DNA from: Candidatus Aenigmatarchaeota archaeon
GTDB lineage: Archaea; Aenigmatarchaeota; Aenigmatarchaeia; QMZP01
Length of the DNA stretch: 21,898 nt
Reading direction: 5' to 3'
Assembly (NCBI GenBank): GCA_038999435.1
Contig: JAVZYR010000011.1
Coordinates: 1 to 21,898, forward strand
Shown here: positions 14,928-21,898 of the stretch, in pieces
How the letters are laid out: the number at the start of each line of letters is the position of its first letter
Numbering within the stretch: position 1 is the stretch's first letter
The notes under the pieces: model-generated
Database searches by the model: none
Seen by the model: the letters and a program-made list of their open reading frames with translations, nothing else
Told to the model about the DNA's origin: nothing
Made by a program: the position numbers and the translations under genes

Positions 14928-17900
14928 GTCAGAAAAAATTAAGATCTGTGTTACTTTTACATGAAAAAGGATACGGATGGGCAGACTTTCAAATAAATTC
15001 TTTTAACAAACTGATGGACTCTGGTTTACAGGAAATCATAAATGAGATAGGTTCTCTGAATCTGACACCTGAGACAGGTGAGTTAAAACTTGCCTTCGGT
15101 GAGGTTACAATTGGTAAACCAATCATAAAAGAGGCCGATGGCTCAACACGCGAGATATTTCCAAATGAAGCAAGGATAAGAAATTTGACATATGCAGCAC
15201 CCGTTTTTGTTGAGATAACCCCGATTATTAATGGTGTGCGCGAAAAACCTGAGGTTGTACATATATGTGACTTTCCAATCATGGTTAGGTCCAAATACTG
15301 CTTGACCTCAGGGCTTTCAGAACAGGAGCTAATAGCAGCTGGCGAGGACCCAAAGGATTGCGGTGGATACTTTATCATAAACGGCACAGAGAGGGCTGTT
15401 ATACTCATCGAAGAGATAGCATCAAATAAACCTGTCTATGAATGGTCAAAGGATGTGCTGACAGTTAGGATAAATTCAGAGCGTTCTGGCTTCAGACAGA
15501 AACATCTCATTGAAAGAAAGCCTGATGGGATATTGCACATTTCCTTTGCAAACCTGAGACATCTATCATTAATAACCATTATAAGGGCACTTGGGCTGGC
15601 ATCTGACAGGGAGATATGTGAGGCAATTTCTTCTGACCCAAAAATCCTAAACGAATTATACGTAAGCCTCTATCAAGAAGAGGCAACAAAGCCAGAAGAG
15701 GCGATGGAGATTATAGGAAAGAAGCTAAAGTTGGCTGAGGATTATAGAAAGCAAAGAGTAAATCAAATACTTGATAGATATCTCCTCCCACATATTGGGC
15801 AGGAGCCGGAAAACAGGATTGAAAAGGCGTATTTTTTGTGCAAGGTAATAAATAGACTTCTTCACATCGCATTGGGTTTGGCACCAGAAGATGATATTGA
15901 CCACTATGCCAACAAACGACTTCTTACTGCAGGTGACCTTTTAGGTCAACTCTTTAGGTCTGTGTTGCTTGGGCGATGGGGACTGCTGGCAAAAATGACA
16001 TATAATTATCAAAAAATCACAAAGAGGGGCAAGATACCAAGCATACAGGGTATCGTTGAGGCAGATGCAGCAACAAAACAAATCCTATCTTCACTCGCAA
16101 CAGGAAATTGGGTAGGTGGTAGAACAGGTGTGTCTCAAAGGCTTGATAGAAGCTCGTTCATAAAAACAATATCACATCTAAGGTCTGCAATATCACCATT
16201 AACCCCAACACAGGAGCATTTTAGGGCAAGACAAATACATCCTACAGAATTTGGTAGGATATGTCCTGCTGAGACGCCTGAAGGTTCTTCTATTGGATTG
16301 AGAAAGCATTTAGCCATCCTTGCTGAGATTACACCTGGGCTCAATCTTGAGGAGGAAACAAAGCTTTTTAAAGAGCTACAGGAAGGTGCAAGCGAGAAGG
16401 AGAAAACAGGTGCTGATCTTTTCTTTAATGGGAGATGGATTAGGACAATAAAAAGGCCTGAAGAGTTTGTGAGAAAGTTAAGAGAGAGAAGAAGACAGGG
16501 CCTGCTCTCACATCATGTTAACATCGCATGGTTTCCTGATTTTAATGAAATAAGGATAAATTCAGATCCTGGCCGTCTGCGAAGGCCTCTAATAATCGTT
16601 GAAAATGGAAAGCCCCGCCTTACCCCTGAAATCATGGAACAGATTCAGAAAGGAAAGATGACATTTTATGACCTGATAAAGAAGGGTGTGATAGAGTATG
16701 TTGATGCAGAAGAGGAAGAAAATGCTTTGGTTGCGCTCAGGCCAGATGATGTAACAAAAGAACATACGCATCTTGAGATAGACCCAATCACGCTTTTCGG
16801 CAATTCTGCAGCCATTACACCATATCCTGAATATAACAGGGGTGATAGAATAAATTTTGGCTCAAAGATGGTTGGACAGGCAATAGGTTGTATATTAGAC
16901 AATTTTCCATTAAGAACAGATACAAAATTCAACATACTTGCATATCCACAAAAGCCTGTTGTCCAAACATCTATGTCAAGTATTATGAATGAATATCCAG
17001 GTGGACAGAATATTGTGATAGCAATTATGTGTTGGGATGGCTGGAATTTAAATGATGCAATAGTTATGTCTCAATCAGCCATTGAGCGAGGGCTTTTCCG
17101 CTCGTTTTACTTCAGAACATACGAAACCCTCAAAAAACGCTATTGGGGGGGACAAGAAGATGAAATAGTCATACCACAAGTTGGTATAAAAGGCCATAGA
17201 GGTGAGGCAGCATATGTACATCTTGATGAGGATGGTATCATAAATCCAGAGATTGAAGTGCAATCAGATTCTGTCCTTATCGGAAAGATATCTCCACTAA
17301 GATTCCTTTTTGGTGAAGAGTTCACTGCTGAACTTGAAAACAAGCGTGAGGCATCGATATGCGTAAGACATGGTGAAAAAGGGATAGTTGATGCAGTCTT
17401 GATATCTGAGACACTCGATGCAGAACAATTGATAAAAGTGCGGGTAAGAGATATGAGAATACCGGAGATAGGAGATAAGTTTGCCTCACGGCATGGCCAA
17501 AAAGGGGTTATTTCACTACTCGTAAAACAGGATGATCTACCATTTACAGCAGATGGCACAGTCCCTGATATAATCTTCAACCCTCATGCAATACCAAGCA
17601 GGATGACGATAGGACATCTTCTTGAAATACTTGCAGGTAAAGTAGGTGCACTATCAGGCCAATACATAGATGGTTCTGTGTTTTCAGGTATGAGGGAAGA
17701 GGAGATAAGGAAAACCATGCAAAATCTCGGATTTAGGGATGATGGAAAACAGATGCTATATGATGGTGCAACCGGCAAGGCATACCCAGCCTTAATTTTC
17801 ACAGGGATTTCATATTATTTAAAATTGGACCACATGGTTACGGATAAGATACATGCAAGGTCGCGTGGGCCTGTAACATTGCTTACAAAACAGCCAACCG

Positions 17901-18196
17901 AGGGTAGGGCAAAAAGAGGCGGTTTAAGACTTGGAGAGATGGAGCAACAATGCATAGTTGGGCATAATAGTGCCATGATTCTTAAAGAAAGATTCGACTC
18001 TGATGTCGCGTCTATTCCAATATGTAAAAGTTGTGGCCTGCTTGCAATACACGACTTTTCAAAAAATAAAACATACTGCGATGTTTGTAAGAATTCAGAG
18101 GTTGTATGGATACAGACTTCGTATGCCTTTAAACTTTTCTTGGATGAACTTAAATCGATAGGTATATATCCAAAGATTGTTGTTGAGGAGGTTTGA
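14924..18196 (+). CDS. rpoB: DNA-directed RNA polymerase subunit B (Rpo2), unsplit
   Basis: GGYFIINGTER, DHYANKRL, GRICPAETPEG, GDKFASRHGQKG, LKLDHMV.DKIHAR, EGRA..GGLRLGEME and a C-terminal CxxC...CxxC zinc site, all in one 1,090-aa ORF. Confidence 0.99.
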   Translation: MSQKKLRSVLLLHEKGYGWADFQINSFNKLMDSGLQEIINEIGSLNLTPETGELKLAFGEVTIGKPIIKEADGSTREIFPNEARIRNLTYAAPVFVEITPIINGVREKPEVVHICDFPIMVRSKYCLTSGLSEQELIAAGEDPKDCGGYFIINGTERAVILIEEIASNKPVYEWSKDVLTVRINSERSGFRQKHLIERKPDGILHISFANLRHLSLITIIRALGLASDREICEAISSDPKILNELYVSLYQEEATKPEEAMEIIGKKLKLAEDYRKQRVNQILDRYLLPHIGQEPENRIEKAYFLCKVINRLLHIALGLAPEDDIDHYANKRLLTAGDLLGQLFRSVLLGRWGLLAKMTYNYQKITKRGKIPSIQGIVEADAATKQILSSLATGNWVGGRTGVSQRLDRSSFIKTISHLRSAISPLTPTQEHFRARQIHPTEFGRICPAETPEGSSIGLRKHLAILAEITPGLNLEEETKLFKELQEGASEKEKTGADLFFNGRWIRTIKRPEEFVRKLRERRRQGLLSHHVNIAWFPDFNEIRINSDPGRLRRPLIIVENGKPRLTPEIMEQIQKGKMTFYDLIKKGVIEYVDAEEEENALVALRPDDVTKEHTHLEIDPITLFGNSAAITPYPEYNRGDRINFGSKMVGQAIGCILDNFPLRTDTKFNILAYPQKPVVQTSMSSIMNEYPGGQNIVIAIMCWDGWNLNDAIVMSQSAIERGLFRSFYFRTYETLKKRYWGGQEDEIVIPQVGIKGHRGEAAYVHLDEDGIINPEIEVQSDSVLIGKISPLRFLFGEEFTAELENKREASICVRHGEKGIVDAVLISETLDAEQLIKVRVRDMRIPEIGDKFASRHGQKGVISLLVKQDDLPFTADGTVPDIIFNPHAIPSRMTIGHLLEILAGKVGALSGQYIDGSVFSGMREEEIRKTMQNLGFRDDGKQMLYDGATGKAYPALIFTGISYYLKLDHMVTDKIHARSRGPVTLLTKQPTEGRAKRGGLRLGEMEQQCIVGHNSAMILKERFDSDVASIPICKSCGLLAIHDFSKNKTYCDVCKNSEVVWIQTSYAFKLFLDELKSIGIYPKIVVEEV

Positions 18197-18197
18197 T

Positions 18198-20669
18198 ATG
18201 TGGCGAATATCTGCAATCGAGTTTAGAATGCTTGACCCAGAACTGATTAAAAATATGGCAAAAGTACGCATAGTTACATCTGAACTATATGATGCTGATG
18301 GCTATCCTGTCGAAGGAGGGGTGATGGATTTAAGGTTAGGTGTGATTGACCCAGGACTTTATTGCAGGACATGTGGTGGTGGAATGGGGGATTGTCTCGG
18401 ACATTTTGGCTATTTAGAGCTTGCCAAACCAGTTATACACGTTCTCTATACAAAGCTTATCTATGATCTGTTACGCATAACATGTAGAAAATGTGGAAGA
18501 ATAATAATAGAGAATGTAGCTGCTTTAAGCAAAACATTACCATCAAAATGCCCGCATTGCAAAGCCGAGCAGAAAAAGATAAGGTTTGTCAAGCCCTACA
18601 CATTTTACGAAGACAAAGATGAAATGAATCCGATACAGATAAGGGAGAGATTTGAAAAGATACCTGATGGTGATTTGGAGAAGATAGGGATAAAAGGTGG
18701 AAGGCCTGAATGGTTAATTCTCACACTTTTGCCCATACCACCTGTGACAGTAAGGCCTTCTATTACATTGGAAACAGGTGAGCGCTCTGAAGATGACCTC
18801 ACCCATAAACTTGCTGACATAGTGAGGATAAACCAGTCCTTGAAAGAAAATATGGAGATAGGGGCACCAGAATTTATCATAAACGATCTCTGGGAGCTTG
18901 TGCAATATCACACTGCCACATATTTTGATAATGAGCTGACAGGTGCACCTCTTGCCCGACATCGTTCGGGTAGACCTTTGAAGGGTATCATGCAAAGGTT
19001 AAAAGCAAAGGAAGGTCGTATAAGAGGAAATCTATTGGGTAAGCGTGTTAACTTTTCATCCAGAACAGTGATTTCACCAGACCCAAAATTAAGCATAAAT
19101 GAGGTTGGGGTTCCAGAAAAGGTTGCAAAGGAACTTACAATCCCAGTTTATGTTACAGCGCTTAATCTAAAAGAAGCAAAGGAGATGATAAAGGCAGGAA
19201 AGGTGAATTATGTTCAAAGACCTGATGGAAGGAGAATCAAAGTAACCAGCGAAAATATAAAAGATATAATTGAGGGCCTTGGCATAGGCTGGCAGATCGA
19301 GAGACAACTACAAGATGGTGATGTTGTGCTTTTCAATCGTCAGCCATCTCTTCACAGAATTTCTATGATGGCACACAGGGTCCGTGTGATGCCATATCAG
19401 ACATTTAGGCTAAATCCATCTGTTTGTCCACCGTACAATGCTGATTTTGATGGTGATGAGATGAACCTTCATGCACTCCAAACAGAAGAGGCGAGGGCAG
19501 AGGCAAGATTGTTGTTAGAAGTACAAAATCACATCATCTCTCCAAAATTTGGCGGACCTATCATAGGCCTTGACCTTGACCAGATATCCGGTTCATTCCT
19601 TCTTACTTCAAAAGATACATCCCTAACAAGAGAGGAGGCATCGCAGCTCCTTGCAATTGCAGGCATAGATGTTCATCTTCCAAATAAAAACACATTCGAA
19701 GGAAAGGAGATATTTAGCCTTCTTTTACCTGAAAGCCTGAATATAGAATTTGAGCCTGGCTATGCAAAGGGCCTTAAACTTAGCAGAGAAGAAAAGATAA
19801 AGAATGATGCGATTGTTATTATAAAAAATGGCAAACTTGTATGTGGTCAGCTTGATAAAACCGCACTGGGAGTAGAAAAGGGATTATTGATATCAGAGTT
19901 GAGATATCATCTAAACAATGAGCAGCTAAAAGATTTCATAGACAAGGCAGGTAAACTCGGCGCAGCATTCCTAAAGATGCGCGGATTTTCAATTGGCCTC
20001 TCAGACCTTGATGTCAAACAATCTGCTATAAATAAGATAAAAGAAGAAATTGAACAAGCAGAGAATGACTCTATGAAATTTATTCGAAAATTCCACCAAA
20101 AAGAGCTTCCGTTACTTCCAGGCCTTTCATATAAAGAGTCGCTTGAGACGCATATACTTAATAGGCTTTCAAATTGCCTTAGCAAAGTTTCTGAGATAGT
20201 AAGTCAAGCAATACCACAAAATGATTTGGTAATCATGGCAAAGTCGGGGGCAAAAGGCTCAATGATAAATATAACACAAATGGCTGCAGTTGTAGGTCAG
20301 GAAACGATACTTGGGAAAAGGATAACAAGAGGTTATATGCAAAGAACACTTACCCATTTCAAGCCAGGTGACTTATCGCCTATAGCTCATGGCTTTGTTG
20401 CAAGTGGATTTAAGCAGGGGTTGAATCCATTTGAAATTTTCTGGAACATTATGAATGGCAGGGAAGGTCTTATGGATAAATCACTTAGAACAAGAAAGTC
20501 AGGATATATGCAAAGAAGGCTTGTTAATGCATTGCAAGACTTGAGGGTAACATATGATGGTACTGTTAGGACAGCCACAGGTGCAATAGTGCAATTTTTA
20601 GCAGGTGAAGATGGTATAGACCCATCCAAGTCTCATTGGGGAGAACTGAAATGGAGGGTTGGATTTTGA
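18198..20669 (+). CDS. rpoA1: DNA-directed RNA polymerase subunit A' (Rpo1N)
   Basis: CRTCGG...C.GHFG zinc site, RGNLLGKRVNFS.RTVISPD, LFNRQPSLH, catalytic YNADFDGDEMN, SGYMQRRL. ATG 18198 follows GAGGAGGT. Confidence 0.99.
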   Translation: MWRISAIEFRMLDPELIKNMAKVRIVTSELYDADGYPVEGGVMDLRLGVIDPGLYCRTCGGGMGDCLGHFGYLELAKPVIHVLYTKLIYDLLRITCRKCGRIIIENVAALSKTLPSKCPHCKAEQKKIRFVKPYTFYEDKDEMNPIQIRERFEKIPDGDLEKIGIKGGRPEWLILTLLPIPPVTVRPSITLETGERSEDDLTHKLADIVRINQSLKENMEIGAPEFIINDLWELVQYHTATYFDNELTGAPLARHRSGRPLKGIMQRLKAKEGRIRGNLLGKRVNFSSRTVISPDPKLSINEVGVPEKVAKELTIPVYVTALNLKEAKEMIKAGKVNYVQRPDGRRIKVTSENIKDIIEGLGIGWQIERQLQDGDVVLFNRQPSLHRISMMAHRVRVMPYQTFRLNPSVCPPYNADFDGDEMNLHALQTEEARAEARLLLEVQNHIISPKFGGPIIGLDLDQISGSFLLTSKDTSLTREEASQLLAIAGIDVHLPNKNTFEGKEIFSLLLPESLNIEFEPGYAKGLKLSREEKIKNDAIVIIKNGKLVCGQLDKTALGVEKGLLISELRYHLNNEQLKDFIDKAGKLGAAFLKMRGFSIGLSDLDVKQSAINKIKEEIEQAENDSMKFIRKFHQKELPLLPGLSYKESLETHILNRLSNCLSKVSEIVSQAIPQNDLVIMAKSGAKGSMINITQMAAVVGQETILGKRITRGYMQRTLTHFKPGDLSPIAHGFVASGFKQGLNPFEIFWNIMNGREGLMDKSLRTRKSGYMQRRLVNALQDLRVTYDGTVRTATGAIVQFLAGEDGIDPSKSHWGELKWRVGF

Positions 20670-21796
20670 TGAAAGAAATCTCACTTCCACCAAAGATAGA
20701 AGAGGAGATTAAAAGATATTTCAAAGAAAATAATATTCCAGAAGAGAAGCAAAAGGAAATCAGAGCCAAGATACTTGATATATACAAAAAAACCCTATAT
20801 GAGCCACAAGAAGCGATAGGTGTTATTACAGCGCAATCCCTCTCAGAACCAAGCACACAAATGACGATGAGGACATATCATTTTGCAGGTACTGCAGGTA
20901 TTCAGGTCACACTTGGCTTACCGCGATTACTCGAGATATTTGATGCAAAGCGTGAGCCGGAGACACCTATGATGACAATCTATACATTAAAGGAATGGCA
21001 AACACCTGAAAAGATAAAGAGGCTTGCTGAGAATATAAAGGAGGTCAGACTTAAAGATATAACCATTTCAACAGAGGTTGATATAAGCAATTTGAGTATA
21101 AAATGCCGGCTTGACACGGCAAAAACGAGAGAATTGGGGATAAGCCCAAAAGAGCTTGAGAAAATCATAAAGATAAGGAATGCAGAGATTGAGGTAGATA
21201 AAGAATACGTGCTTGCAAAGAGCAAAAAGGAAGACATATTAAGTCTATATAGGCTGAAACATACCCTGCTTGAGCATCATATAAAAGGTATAAAAGGTGT
21301 AACACAGGCGGTAATAACAAAAGAAGGTGAAGAATGGGTTATACACACGCTTGGCTCAAATCTTGCAAAGGTCATGGAGATAGAGGGTGTTGATCCAACA
21401 AGGACAACATCCAATAATATATTTGAGATTCAAGATGTGTTAGGTATTGAGGCTGCACGAAATGCAATCATGAAGCAGGCAAAATATACAATGGATGAAC
21501 AAGGTTTAACAGTGGACATAAGATATATCATGCTTCTTGCGGACCTGATGACACATAGCGGCCAAATAAGGGCAATAGGGCGATATGGCGTGGCTGGCCA
21601 AAAGGCATCTGTGCTTGTGCGTGCATCATTCGAAGAGACAAAGAAGCATCTTATTACAGCTGCTGCAAAGGGAGAGATAGACCTGATGCAAGGAATAATT
21701 GAAAATATTATGACAAATCAGGTCATACCAACAGGGACAGGTTCTTTTGAGCTTGTTGGAGATATACCTGAGATAAAGAAAAAGAAAGAAGAGTGA
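20669..21796 (+). CDS. rpoA2: DNA-directed RNA polymerase subunit A'' (Rpo1C)
   Basis: EAIG.ITAQSL.EP.TQMTMRT.HFAG, VTLGLPRL.EI, LGIEAAR, RASFE, ENI...Q.IP.GTG. TGATG overlap with the rpoA1 stop; upstream GGAGG. Confidence 0.98.
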   Translation: MKEISLPPKIEEEIKRYFKENNIPEEKQKEIRAKILDIYKKTLYEPQEAIGVITAQSLSEPSTQMTMRTYHFAGTAGIQVTLGLPRLLEIFDAKREPETPMMTIYTLKEWQTPEKIKRLAENIKEVRLKDITISTEVDISNLSIKCRLDTAKTRELGISPKELEKIIKIRNAEIEVDKEYVLAKSKKEDILSLYRLKHTLLEHHIKGIKGVTQAVITKEGEEWVIHTLGSNLAKVMEIEGVDPTRTTSNNIFEIQDVLGIEAARNAIMKQAKYTMDEQGLTVDIRYIMLLADLMTHSGQIRAIGRYGVAGQKASVLVRASFEETKKHLITAAAKGEIDLMQGIIENIMTNQVIPTGTGSFELVGDIPEIKKKKEE

Positions 21797-21798
21797 TT

Positions 21799-21898
21799 AT
21801 GCAAAATTTCGATAAAAGATTTTTAAAAGAATATTACAAAGATGGTTTTTATGGTTTTGCTGATGCACTGAAGCAGTGCATCGAAGAGGGCTCAAAAC
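21799..21898 (+). CDS. Hypothetical protein, 3' partial
   Basis: ATG 2 nt after the rpoA2 stop, open to the window end: MQNFDKRFLKEYYKDGFYGFADALKQCIEEGSK. Not recognised. Confidence 0.5.
   Translation, partial: MQNFDKRFLKEYYKDGFYGFADALKQCIEEGSK

Noticed and set aside
14924..21796. Inteins or frameshifts in the RNAP subunits; many short antisense ORFs here and within the giant gene
   Set aside because: Subunit lengths are normal and conserved motifs are contiguous; the antisense ORFs are shadows of long coding frames.

Overview
Archaeal chromosomal window. The RNA polymerase operon rpoH-rpoB-rpoA1-rpoA2, bulge-helix-bulge (BHB) tRNA introns and TATA-type promoters show it is archaeal. The isolated 5S rRNA and the style of the surface proteins suggest a DPANN-type lineage (inference). 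Gene order: 3' end of gatB; a 2,605-aa beta-helix (NosD/CASH-like) membrane-anchored glycoprotein with an internal 66-bp tandem repeat; a PKD/Cys-rich lipoprotein; tRNA-Arg(TCG); 5S rRNA; tRNA-Asp(GTC); a small membrane protein; MarC; an HD-GYP-like phosphohydrolase; tRNA-Lys(TTT); a HAD hydrolase; an AbrB-ACT regulator coupled to a divergent HisG-like protein with no other his genes nearby; then the RNAP operon. The most striking signal is in the tRNAs. tRNA-Arg and tRNA-Lys are each interrupted at the same T-loop position (58/59) by long (234 and 289 nt), non-coding, hairpin-rich, internally duplicated inserts that share motifs. These inserts parse into tandem units whose 3' ends can each re-form a BHB-like helix with the same exon GTTC-GA, i.e. 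possible stacked intron arrays removed recursively. tRNA-Lys also carries a D-loop intron and an anticodon intron that appears to contain a nested intron. All structures were folded by eye; splicing is inferred, not shown.
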